Made by a program: the position numbers and the translations under genes. Below are positions 8,360 to 16,920 of a DNA stretch of 27,021 nt, piece after piece. Within the stretch, counting starts at the first letter, position 1. The number at the start of each line of letters is the position of its first letter. Source of the stretch: an uncultured Actinomycetes bacterium (GTDB lineage Bacteria > Actinomycetota > UBA4738 > JBBDTT01). The DNA lies in assembly GCA_963742735.1 (NCBI GenBank), contig CAVUMN010000005.1, positions 1-27,021 of the forward strand, in the 5' to 3' direction. The notes below the pieces were generated by a model, which ran no database searches, was not told the origin of the DNA, and saw only the letters and a program-made list of their open reading frames with translations.

Positions 8360-9328
8360 TCAGCCCTCGGCCTTGACCCGCTTCACGGCCTCGACGATCA
8401 CGCGGAGCTTGTCCTTGGCCTCCTCGACCGTGCGGGTCTTCAGGCCGCAGTCGGGGTCCGGGAAGATCCGCTCGGGCGGGATGAGCTCCATGGCCCGGCG
8501 GATGCCGTTGGCCACGTCGTCGACCGACTCGATCTCGTGGGAGTGGCTGTCGGCGACGCCCAGCCCGATCGCCTTCGTGAACGGCGAGCGCTTGAAGTCC
8601 TCCAGCAGGCTGTAGTCCGAGTTCGCGAGCTCCAGGTCGAGCTGGTCGACCGGCAAGTCGAGCATCTTCGGATACGCGTTGTGGAAGTCGCCGTAGCAGA
8701 TGTGCGTGATCGTGTGGGCCTCGATGCCGTCGGTGACCACGCCCAGCGCCTTGATCGCCAGGTCCAGCTCGTCCATGCGCGTGGACACCGCGGGCTCGTC
8801 GATCTGGATGTACTTCGCCCCGGCGTCGACCAGGTCAAGGGCCTCCTGACGAACCACCTTGGCCAGGGCCATCACCAGGTCCTCGCGGGTGTCGTAGTAC
8901 TCGTTGAACGACCAGTCGCAGATCGTGTACGGGCCGGTGAGCATGCCCTTGACCGGACGGTCGGTGAGCGACTGGGCGAACTTCCACCAGTCGATCGTGA
9001 TGGGGTCGTTGCGCAGGACCTCACCCGTGACGATCGGCTTGCGGTAGAAGCGGTTGCCGTAGGAGCGGACCAGGCCGCCCTCGGTGAACCCGTCGAGCTC
9101 CTCGGCGAAGTAGGCGACCATGTCGCCGCGGTACATCTCGCCGTCCACGACGATGTCGATGCCGATCTCGTCCTGGAACTCCACCCATTCGCGGGTGGCC
9201 TGCCGCTCGAGCTCGGTGAGCTGCTCGCGGGTGATCTCTCCGCGGGCGAACTGCGAGCGCGCCTTCAGCAGGTAGTCGGGCTTCGGCATGGAGCCGACGC
9301 TGGTGGTCAGCAGGCCCTCGATCGTCAC
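8360..9328 (-). CDS. Cobalamin-independent methionine synthase, catalytic (C-terminal barrel) subunit
   Basis: VGSMPKP, DGEMYRGDMVAYF, VRSYGNRFYRKP, KGMLTGPYT, IQIDEPA, and zinc ligands HICY and PDCGLKTR. Confidence 0.92.
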   Translation of the reverse strand: MTIEGLLTTSVGSMPKPDYLLKARSQFARGEITREQLTELERQATREWVEFQDEIGIDIVVDGEMYRGDMVAYFAEELDGFTEGGLVRSYGNRFYRKPIVTGEVLRNDPITIDWWKFAQSLTDRPVKGMLTGPYTICDWSFNEYYDTREDLVMALAKVVRQEALDLVDAGAKYIQIDEPAVSTRMDELDLAIKALGVVTDGIEAHTITHICYGDFHNAYPKMLDLPVDQLDLELANSDYSLLEDFKRSPFTKAIGLGVADSHSHEIESVDDVANGIRRAMELIPPERIFPDPDCGLKTRTVEEAKDKLRVIVEAVKRVKAEG

Positions 9329-10308
9329 GACCGCACCTCCTTCGCGGCCTCGGAGAGACGGACGAGCTTCCGCTCGGCGGCCTCACGGGGCAGGTACTCC
9401 AGGCCCGACGACGGCGACAGCCACAGCCGCTCGAGGGGCACGCTCTCGGCCAGTACGCGGATCGTGGACACCAGGTCGTCGAGCTCCTCGACCCGGGTGT
9501 TCCGCGCGTTCACGATCCCCGCCTGCAACACCTTGCCGTCGGGAACCGCCTTCGCCAGCGGGACATTCCCGGGGCCGCTGACCAGGTCGAGGCCGAAGCC
9601 GTCGAACGGCAGGTCGAACAGGGCCTCCCCCAGGGTCACCTCGCCGAAGTAGGTCTGCAGGATCGTGGTGGCCACGACCCCGTCGACCAGGGAGGCGGCC
9701 GCCTCGGCGAGGACGTCCGGCTCGGGCTCGGGCATCCCCGGAACGCGGGCCAAAGCCGGCTCGTCGAACGCGATCACCGTCGCGCCGGCGGCGGCGAGGT
9801 CCCGCGCCTCGGCGTTCAGCGCGACGGCGAGGTCCTTCACCAGGGCTCGCCGGTCGCGGTAGTGCTCGTCCTGGGAGAGGACGGCGAGCGTGTACGGGCC
9901 GGTGATCACCGGCTTCACCGGGGCGGGGCTGGCCTCGGCGGCAAAGCGGTACTCGTCGACGATCAGTGGCCCCTCCCGCTTGACCTGCCCGATGACCTCG
10001 GGCTGGCGGTAGTACGTGTTGTTGTCGAAGTACCGGATCAGGCCGCCGATGCGGAACCCGTCGAGCTCCTTCGCGAACCGGGTCTGCCCGTCGAACCACC
10101 GGACCTGCCCGTCGGTGACCAGCTCGACCCCGGCCGCCGCCTGCTCGTTGACGACCTCGGTCACCAGGTCGTCCTGGGCGCGCTTCACGTCCTCGAGGGA
10201 CACCTCGCCGCGGTCCAGGGCCTGGAGGGTCTTGCGCAGCGTGAACACGCCGCCCTCCTTGGGAGGTCGTGGGTAGGACCCGACGACCGTGACGGTTGGG
10301 TTCGGCAT
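9325..10308 (-). CDS. Methionine synthase II N-terminal-barrel-like subunit (non-catalytic half of a split MetE)
   Basis: VGSYPR, TDGQVRW, RYFDNNTYYRQP, KPVITGPYT, FDEPAL; the zinc motifs are replaced by QTYFG and SPSSGLEYLP. Confidence 0.88.
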   Translation of the reverse strand: MPNPTVTVVGSYPRPPKEGGVFTLRKTLQALDRGEVSLEDVKRAQDDLVTEVVNEQAAAGVELVTDGQVRWFDGQTRFAKELDGFRIGGLIRYFDNNTYYRQPEVIGQVKREGPLIVDEYRFAAEASPAPVKPVITGPYTLAVLSQDEHYRDRRALVKDLAVALNAEARDLAAAGATVIAFDEPALARVPGMPEPEPDVLAEAAASLVDGVVATTILQTYFGEVTLGEALFDLPFDGFGLDLVSGPGNVPLAKAVPDGKVLQAGIVNARNTRVEELDDLVSTIRVLAESVPLERLWLSPSSGLEYLPREAAERKLVRLSEAAKEVRS

Positions 10309-10371
10309 CGTGCTCCTTTGCTCGCTCGTCGTTCAGCGCCGGGAGCGCGTTCGGCAGCGTTGCGAAAGCAC

Positions 10372-10484
10372 CGGACACTTGGTTGCCTCCATATGGAGGC
10401 CGCATCCTCGCCTGCGCGAGAGGCACCTCGGGTGTCCGTCCCAGGTTGCCGGGCCCCCGTCGCCGGGGGCCACTCCCGATACGC
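10372..10484 (-). ncRNA. SAM-I/IV-type riboswitch
   Basis: The minus strand reads CGUAUC GGGAG..P2..CCCGGCAACCUGGGACGGACACCCGAGGUGC..GAUGCG GCCUCC-AUAU-GGAGGC AACCAA GUGUCCG. It has P1 CGUAUC/GAUGCG, the GGCAACC..GGUGC core and a 3' GUGUCCG pseudoknot to the CGGACAC loop, directly upstream of the methionine synthase genes. Confidence 0.9.
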
Positions 10485-10539
10485 GCAGAGATTCCCACGC
10501 GCTCACGCGAGCGTCAACAGACTCCGCGCGGGCCGGGGA

Positions 10540-10983
10540 CTACTGCGGCGGGGTTTGGGCCGCCACGCGCTTGGCCATCTCCTCCTCGGAGACGTCCTCG
10601 ACGTGGGTGTTGATCCACCAGGTGTTGCCGAACGGGTCCTCGATGCCCGCCGACCGGTCCCCGTAGAACTGGTCCTCCGGCTCGCGCTTGGAGGTTGCTC
10701 CGGCGCCGATGGCCGCCGTGTACGTCGCGTCGCAGTCCTCGACGTAGAGGTTGATCCTGCCGGCCCCCGCCGGGTGCTCCTGGTTCTCGTCGGCGACCAT
10801 GATCACCGAGTCGCCGAGCGTGACCTCGGCGTGGACGATCTTCCCGTCCGGCCCCGTGAACCGGTCGCCCCGGTCCTTCGAGCCGAACGCCGTCTGCATG
10901 AAGTCCAGCAATCCCGCGGCGTCGCTCGAGATCAAGTACGGCGTCACGGTGTGGTACCCGTCGGGGATCGGCTTCACGGCCAT
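10540..10983 (-). CDS. VOC/glyoxalase (PhnB-like) protein
   Basis: IPDGYHTVTPYL..HAEVTLGDSVIM..DQFYGDRSAGIEDPFGNTWWI. Confidence 0.92.
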   Translation of the reverse strand: MAVKPIPDGYHTVTPYLISSDAAGLLDFMQTAFGSKDRGDRFTGPDGKIVHAEVTLGDSVIMVADENQEHPAGAGRINLYVEDCDATYTAAIGAGATSKREPEDQFYGDRSAGIEDPFGNTWWINTHVEDVSEEEMAKRVAAQTPPQ

Positions 10984-10986
10984 TGG

Positions 10987-11589
10987 CTATCTCCCTTCCT
11001 GGTAGCTGTAACGCTCCTCGCGCCAGGGGTGGGCGTCGTTGTGATACCCGCGCACCTCCCAGAACCCGCGCTTGTCCAGCGGCGCGAACTCCAGGGCGAT
11101 GCACCACTTCGTGCTCTTCCAGAAGTACCGCTTGGGGACGACCAGCCGGAGCGGGCCGCCGTGCTTCGGCTCGAGGGGCTCGCCGTTGTGCGACCACGCG
11201 AGGAGGACGTCCTCGTCGTCCATCGCCTCGATCGGCAGGTTGGCGGTGTAGCCACTCGGCGCCCGGGAGATCACGTGGGTCGCGCTCGGCTTCGGCTCGA
11301 CCATGGCGGCCAGTGCCTGGTAGGAGACGCCCTCCCAGGTGTTGTCGAGCTTCGACCACCCCGTCACACAGTGGATGTCGGAGCCGACCGTGACGCTCGG
11401 CAGCGCGCGGAACTCCTCCCACGACCAGACCTGCGCGTTCTCGACCTCGCCGGCGACCGAGAACGTCCACACCTCCGGATCGAACTTGGGCACGCCGTCG
11501 GCGTTCAGGACGGGCCAGCCCTTGGTGAGGCGCTGGCCGGGCGGGGTCCGGCGCTTGTCCTCCTCCGAGGTCTTCTTGAACAGGTCCAT
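10987..11589 (-). CDS. Cytoplasmic sulfite-oxidase-like molybdopterin oxidoreductase (YuiH-like)
   Basis: PPGQ..WPVL, DIHCVTGWSK (Mo-ligating Cys), HGGPLRLVVP..YFWKSTKW, GFWEVRGYH. Confidence 0.92.
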   Translation of the reverse strand: MDLFKKTSEEDKRRTPPGQRLTKGWPVLNADGVPKFDPEVWTFSVAGEVENAQVWSWEEFRALPSVTVGSDIHCVTGWSKLDNTWEGVSYQALAAMVEPKPSATHVISRAPSGYTANLPIEAMDDEDVLLAWSHNGEPLEPKHGGPLRLVVPKRYFWKSTKWCIALEFAPLDKRGFWEVRGYHNDAHPWREERYSYQEGR

Positions 11590-11831
11590 CAGCCGAGCTC
11601 CCCCTCGAGCTTCTCGATGTCCGCCAGGCGAACGCGGGCCTGATCCGCGAGGTTCTCACCGGCGCCCCGATCCTGGAGGGCGTCGGCGGCGGCGATGGCC
11701 CGGCTCAGGTGCTCGCGGGCCTGCGCGTAGGCGGTGGCCGGGTCGCGGTTCTGCGCGTACTTCACGAACTCGTCCGCGCGCTGGATGAGGTGCCAGACGC
11801 CCGGAGGATCGGTGGGGAGCTCGTCGGCCAT
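11589..11831 (-). CDS. Small helical hypothetical protein (80 aa)
   Basis: MADELPTDPPGVWHLIQRADEFVKYAQNRD..; its stop overlaps the next ATG, and a TAGGCT -10 sits 7 bp upstream. Confidence 0.7.
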   Translation of the reverse strand: MADELPTDPPGVWHLIQRADEFVKYAQNRDPATAYAQAREHLSRAIAAADALQDRGAGENLADQARVRLADIEKLEGELG

Positions 11832-11867
11832 GGCCTGAAGCCTATCGCCGCGGCGTAGGGTTGGCCC

Positions 11868-12875
11868 ATGGCCGGGCGGCGGACGAACCTCGCCCTCCTG
11901 GTCCTGCTGGCCGGGGCCGCGGCGACGGGTGGGCTCGCCTACGCGATCGGCACCGAGTGGGCCCGATGGGCCGCGGTGATCCCCCACGGCATCCTGGGGC
12001 TCGCCATCGTGGCCCTGACGCCGTGGAAGTCCGTGATCGCCCGGCGGGGGCTGGACCGGCGCCGGCCCGACACCTGGGCCTCGGTGGTCTTCTCGTGGCT
12101 CGTCGTCATCTCGCTGCTGTTCGGGATCGGGCACTCCACCGGGGTCCTTCGAACGATCAACGACTACGCCACCCTGAACCTGCACGTGGGGTTCGCGCTG
12201 CTGGCGATCCCCTTCGCGCTGTGGCACGTGATCGCGCGGCGGGTTCGCCCCCGAAGCACGGACCTGTCCCGGCGCAACCTCCTGCGGGCCGGCGCGCTCC
12301 TGGGCGGAACGACGCTCGCCTACGGGGCGGTGGAAGGCGTCCTGCGCCTGGCCGGGACGGGGGCGGGCGGGCGCCGGTTCACCGGCTCGTTCGAGACCGG
12401 ATCGCTGGACCCGGACCGGATGCCGGTGACGCAGTGGCTCGACGACGCGGTCCCCGAGATCGACGGGACGAGCTGGCGGATGGCCGTCGTCGGGCCGAAC
12501 GGGACCCGCGAGCTGGGGCTGGCCGACCTGACCGAGACGGAGCGGGTGCGCGCGACGATCGACTGTACGGGCGGGTGGTTCGCCCACCAGGACTGGGAGG
12601 GCGTGCGGCTCGACCGCCTCCTGGGCGACGTGGGCGACGCCCGGAGCGTCCGCGTGCGCTCGGCGACGGGCTACGACCGGCGGTTCCCGGTCCGGGACCT
12701 CGACCACCTGTGGCTCGCCGTCCGCGTGGGCGGCCGGCCCCTCAGCCCGGGGCACGGGTTCCCGGCGCGAATCGTGGCTCCGGGGCGACGGGGGTTCTGG
12801 TGGGTGAAGTGGGTGCGGGAGATCGAGCTCAGCGACCGGCCGTGGTGGCGGCAGTGGCCGTTCCCCTTGACCTGA
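11868..12875 (+). CDS. Membrane-anchored molybdopterin-dependent oxidoreductase (sulfite oxidase family)
   Basis: N-terminal TM helices, internal SRRNLL, IDCTGGW, HGFPARIVAPGRRGFWWVKW. Confidence 0.88.
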   Translation: MAGRRTNLALLVLLAGAAATGGLAYAIGTEWARWAAVIPHGILGLAIVALTPWKSVIARRGLDRRRPDTWASVVFSWLVVISLLFGIGHSTGVLRTINDYATLNLHVGFALLAIPFALWHVIARRVRPRSTDLSRRNLLRAGALLGGTTLAYGAVEGVLRLAGTGAGGRRFTGSFETGSLDPDRMPVTQWLDDAVPEIDGTSWRMAVVGPNGTRELGLADLTETERVRATIDCTGGWFAHQDWEGVRLDRLLGDVGDARSVRVRSATGYDRRFPVRDLDHLWLAVRVGGRPLSPGHGFPARIVAPGRRGFWWVKWVREIELSDRPWWRQWPFPLT

Positions 12876-14013
12876 TCCGCCGCGCGAGCCCGGCGCCGTG
12901 CACCGCCACCAGGGCGACCGCGGCCGTGATCGCCAGATTGCTCAGGTAGGCCCCGGCGAGCCCGGCCGTCACGGCCAGCCCGAGCTCCCATCCCCGAAGG
13001 TCCGCCGCGAGCACGGCGTGCCGCAGGCCGGCGTAGCCCAGGAACGCCGCCAGCACCCACACCGGCAGCAGCCCGAGGATCGAGGGAACCTGCGGGCCGA
13101 ACAACACGCCGAGCGTGATCAACGCGCCGCCGAGCAGCAGGTTCATCCCGGCCGTGCGCGCTCCCAACCGGGCGTGCGCGGTGAGACCGCCCGCGCCGTG
13201 GCACATGGGCATCCCGCCGATGAGGGCCGATCCCACGTTGCCGAGCCCGCACGACAGACAGACGCGCCACGGCGTGACCCTCGACGCTCGCTCCCCGTAG
13301 TACTGGTGGGCGACGTCGGTCACCGCGACCACCGCGTTGCCGAACGTCAGCGGCAGCTGGGGCACCACCAGGAGCAGGAACGCGGTGCCGAACGCGGCGA
13401 GGGGCGGGAAGCCGAAGGAGGGCAGGGAGGGGTCCGGCGCGGCGAGGGCCGGGTGCGCCACCGCCCACGCGGCGATCGCGCCACCGGCGAGCAGGACCAG
13501 CGCCAGGACGTAGCGCCGGGTTCGCGCGGCGAGCGCGACGACGACGAGCCCGAGGGCGCCCAGCACCAGCGGCCACGGCGAGGCGGGCGCCCCCCGGAAG
13601 ACGTCCGGCGGCGCCTGCACGAGCTTCACCGCGGTCACCACGAGCAGCACGCCGACCCCGACCTGCAGCGAACGCACCACCGGGCGGGTGAACACCCTGG
13701 CGACGACGTCGGCGATCTTGCCGGCCGACAGGACCAGCAGGAAGGCGGCGATCTCCAGCCCGGCGGCGTGGATGACGTCGGGAGAGAGCTGCTGGGCGAC
13801 GGCCACCGCGGTGAGGGCCTTCAGCGGCTGGACTGGGAACGGGATCCCGAAGGCGGCGCCTGAGGCCACGATCAGCAGGCCGGCCCCGAGCAGGACCGCC
13901 CCCGCGTCGAGCCCGTTGACCAGGATCAGCGCGGCGGCCAGGGGAACCATGACGCCGAGGTCGGCCACCGCGCCCGCGGCGTCGCCGACCCCCATCCGGA
14001 AGCGCCCCGCCAT
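12829..14013 (-). CDS. Putative molybdate/sulfate transporter, MOT1 family
   Basis: GAVADLG, PVQPLKA, PQLPLTFGNAV, GGMPMCHGAGGL; the start overlaps the moaA stop (ATGA). Confidence 0.88.
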   Translation of the reverse strand: MAGRFRMGVGDAAGAVADLGVMVPLAAALILVNGLDAGAVLLGAGLLIVASGAAFGIPFPVQPLKALTAVAVAQQLSPDVIHAAGLEIAAFLLVLSAGKIADVVARVFTRPVVRSLQVGVGVLLVVTAVKLVQAPPDVFRGAPASPWPLVLGALGLVVVALAARTRRYVLALVLLAGGAIAAWAVAHPALAAPDPSLPSFGFPPLAAFGTAFLLLVVPQLPLTFGNAVVAVTDVAHQYYGERASRVTPWRVCLSCGLGNVGSALIGGMPMCHGAGGLTAHARLGARTAGMNLLLGGALITLGVLFGPQVPSILGLLPVWVLAAFLGYAGLRHAVLAADLRGWELGLAVTAGLAGAYLSNLAITAAVALVAVHGAGLARRIRSRGTATAATTAGR

Positions 14014-15001
14014 CACCCGCCGATCATCGACATCGAACGCTCGGGGCGCACGAAGTCGGGGTGCGAGATCCGGTGGCCGGCCCACTTCCCGGCGGCGGCC
14101 TCGCGGATCAGCCGCTCCAGCTCCGCGTCGTCCGCGCCCGTACGCATCGGCGTGCGCAGGTCGGTCTCCTCCAGGGCGAACAGGCACGCGCGAAGCTGGC
14201 CGTCGGCCGTCAGGCGGACCCGGTTGCACGTCTCGCAGAACGGCTCCGTGACCGAGGAGATGAACCCGACACTGCCGGGCGAGCCGTCCGCGAAGCGAAA
14301 CACCGCGGCGGGGTGCGGCCCCTCGTCGGCCCGGGTGAGCGGGTAGACGTTCGCGATCTGCTCGAGCAGGTCCGAGCTACGGCACGACCTTCGAGCGCTC
14401 CCACGCCCGGTCGGCGTCGAGGGGCATGTACTCGATGAACCGGACCTCGTAGCCCGTGCCGCGGGCCAGGTCGGCGAAGGCCACCGCCTCCTCTTCGTTG
14501 GTTCCCCCCATCACGACGCAGTTGACCTTGATGCGGTCGAACCCGGCCGCCCGGGCGGCGGCGAGGCCGGTGTGGACGCGGTCGATCGCGTCGCGCCGGG
14601 TCATCTCCGCGTACCGGTGCCGGAGCAGCGAGTCGAGCGAGACCGTGACCCGGTTGAGCCCCGCCGCCCGCAGGGGCGTGGCGAGCCGGTCGAGCAGCAG
14701 GCCGTTGGTCGTCATCGACAGATCGAGGTCCGGCCCGAGGCCTCGGAGACGCGCCACGATCTCGCCGAGGTCCTCCCGGACGGTGGGCTCTCCTCCGGTG
14801 ACCTTGAGCTCGTCGATCCCCAGCGAGACGAACAGTCCCGCGAGCCGGGTGAGCTCGTCGACGGTGAGGAGCTCCTCGCGCGCCAGCCACGGCAGGCCCT
14901 CGGCGGGCATGCAGTACGTGCAGCGAAGGTTGCAGCTGGTCGATCACGGAGACGCGAAGGTCGGTGATCGTGCGCCGCAGGCCGTCCACGAGCGGGTCCA
15001 T
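14013..15001 (-). CDS. moaA: GTP 3',8-cyclase (radical SAM), with frameshifts near 14937 and 14378
   Basis: DLRVSV..CNLRCTYCMP (restored by removing one base), TGGEP, SMTTNG, VSLDSL, RFIEYMP, CETCNRVRLTADGQLRACL, and C-terminal MSMIGG. Confidence 0.93.
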
Positions 15002-15008
15002 CGGTGCC

Positions 15009-15018
15009 ATCTTAGGAT
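15009..15018. promoter_or_regulatory. Overlapping divergent -10 elements (ATCTTAGGAT) for leaderless moaA and mogA-xdhC
   Basis: TAAGAT on the minus strand 7 bp before the moaA ATG and TAGGAT on the plus strand 8 bp before ATG 15027; no SD for either gene. Confidence 0.55.
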
Positions 15019-15026
15019 CGGACGCG

Positions 15027-16255
15027 ATGGAGGACTCCAGCGGAGCGAAGGAGCGGCCGCGCGCGGCGGTCCTGACCGTCAGCGACGGCGTGCACGACGG
15101 AACGCGGCGGGACCTGGCAGGCGCGGCCGTCGCGGACTGCACTTCGCGCGGCCGGCTACGAGGTGGAGGCGCCCGACGTCGTCCCCGACGAGACCCCGAC
15201 CATCGAGGCCTCGCTGCGCGACCTCGCCTCTCGCGCGCCGCTGGTCGTGACCACCGGCGGCACGGGGTTCGGCCCGCGCGACGTGACGCCCGAGGCCACC
15301 CGCGCCGTGATCGATCGGGAGGCGCCGGGCCTGGCCGAGGCCATGCGCTCGGCCGGGGCGGCCTCGACCCAGATGGCGTGGCTCTCCCGCGGCGTGGCCG
15401 GGATCGCCAACGGCGCGCTCATGGTGAACCTCCCCGGGAGCGAGCGCGGCGCGCTGGAGAGCCTCCAGGCGCTGCTGCCGCTGCTCCCCCACGCGCTGGA
15501 CCTGACCGCCGGGCGCACCGAGCACCACCCGCCGAAGCTCACCGGCCACGCGCCGGTGGTGATCGCCACCGCCGTTCGGATCCACGGCGAGCCGCCCTGC
15601 CGAGTCGGACAGCGGATGGACGCTCGGCGCGAGCGGTCCGGTCGCCGGGACGCTGGGCTGTGCGGAGTTCGACGAGGCGGCCGTCGCCGACGCGCCCGGG
15701 GTGCTCGCCGCCGGCGAGCCCGTCACCCGGACCTACACCCACGACCTGGGCTCCGTGGAGGTGTTCCTGGAGCCGGTCCTGTCGCGGCCGCGGCTGGTGG
15801 TGCTGGGCGCGACGCCGGTGGGGCTGGCGCTCCTTCGATGGGGCCGCGAGCTCGGCTACGCGCCGGCGCTGGTCGAGCCGCGGCCCGAGCGGGTCACCCC
15901 GGGACATCGAGCCGCGGCCGACTCCGTGCAGGCGGAGCCCGCGGCCCTGCTCGAGGGAACCGTCGACGTGGTCCACACCGACCACGAGGCCCCGGCCGTC
16001 GCCGAGCACCTGGCGGCCGCGGTTCGGGCCGGCGCCAGGTTCGTCGGGCTGATGGGCAGCGCCCGCCACGCGGGGCCGCACCTGGAGGCCCTGCGCCGGC
16101 AGGGCCTGTCAGAGGAGGAGGTCGCGCGCGTCCAGACGCCCGTGGGTCTCGACATCGGGGCGCGGTCCGTGGAGGAGATCGCCCTGTCGATCCTGGCCGG
16201 GCTCGTGGCGGCGCGGAACGCGCGGCCCGGCGGGTGGAAGGACCTCCGCCGATGA
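15027..16255 (+). CDS. MogA/MoaB-type molybdopterin adenylyltransferase fused to an XdhC/CoxI-family Moco chaperone (frameshifts near 15140 and 15620)
   Basis: AAVLTVSD..TRRDLAG, TTGGTGFGPRDVTPEAT, VNLPGS; then without a stop VIATAVRIHGEPPCRVGQ, GTLGCAEFD, VEVFLEP..RLVVLGA, FVGLMGS, TPVGLDIGARSVEEIALSILAG. Confidence 0.8.
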
Positions 16256-16920
16256 AGGTGCGCGTTCGGCTGTTCGGGGCCCTCGCCGACCGGGCGGGGG
16301 TGGGCGAGGAGACGGTCGACCTGGCCGAGGGAGCCCGCGCCGCCGACGCCTTGCGCGACATGACCGCCCGCCATCCGGACACCGCGGCGATCGCCGCCCG
16401 GATCTCGGTGGCCGTGAACCTGGAGGTGGTCCCGCCCGAGCATCCGCTGGCCGAGGGTGACGAGGTCGCGATGCTCCCGCCCGTGGCCGGCGGGGCGCCC
16501 CGCGTGCTGGTCGGCCTGCGCCAGGAGCCGCTCCGCGTGGACGAGGCCCTGGCCGGGGTCGCCGCGCCGGGCGCGGGCGGCACCGTGGTGTTCCTGGGGA
16601 CGGTTCGGGACGCGAGCGACGGTGCAACCGTGGAGCGCCTGGAGTACTCGGCCTACGCGGAGATGGCCGAGCGGACGATGCGGGAGGTGGCCGAGGAGGC
16701 GGCGGCCAAGTGGCCGCTCGAGGGGGTGGCGATCCTGCACGCCACCGGCGACCTGCCCGTCGGCGCGCCCACCGTGGTCGTGGCATGCTCCGCGCCCCAC
16801 CGCGGCGAGGCGTTCGAGGCGGCCCGCTACGCGATCGACGAGGTCAAGCGGCGCGTGCCGATCTGGAAGAAGGAGGTCGGTCCGGCCGGAGATCGCTGGG
16901 TCGGACTGGAGGAGGGCTGA
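16252..16920 (+). CDS. moaX: Fused molybdopterin synthase MoaD-MoaE (MoaX-like)
   Basis: MKVRVRLFGAL..VAVN..GDEVAMLPPVAGG continues in frame into GGTVVFLGTVRD..LEYSAY..SAPHRGEAFEA..VKRRVPIWKKE. Confidence 0.88.
   Translation: MKVRVRLFGALADRAGVGEETVDLAEGARAADALRDMTARHPDTAAIAARISVAVNLEVVPPEHPLAEGDEVAMLPPVAGGAPRVLVGLRQEPLRVDEALAGVAAPGAGGTVVFLGTVRDASDGATVERLEYSAYAEMAERTMREVAEEAAAKWPLEGVAILHATGDLPVGAPTVVVACSAPHRGEAFEAARYAIDEVKRRVPIWKKEVGPAGDRWVGLEEG

Noticed and set aside
10320-10365. Possible SAH riboswitch suggested by GGCGCTGAACG on the minus strand
   Set aside because: No GAGGAGCG..CCAGGCUC core; the segment is better explained as the expression platform of the SAM-I/IV aptamer.
14377-14379. 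In-frame TAG in moaA as possible pyrrolysine or readthrough
   Set aside because: The downstream MoaA sequence is in a different frame; removing one base restores it, so this is an indel and not recoding.
15163-16920. 585-aa ORF suggesting a MogA-MoaD-MoaE triple fusion
   Set aside because: The middle part is out-of-frame XdhC sequence. XdhC stops at 16255 and MoaD-MoaE has its own ATG at 16252 (ATGA overlap).
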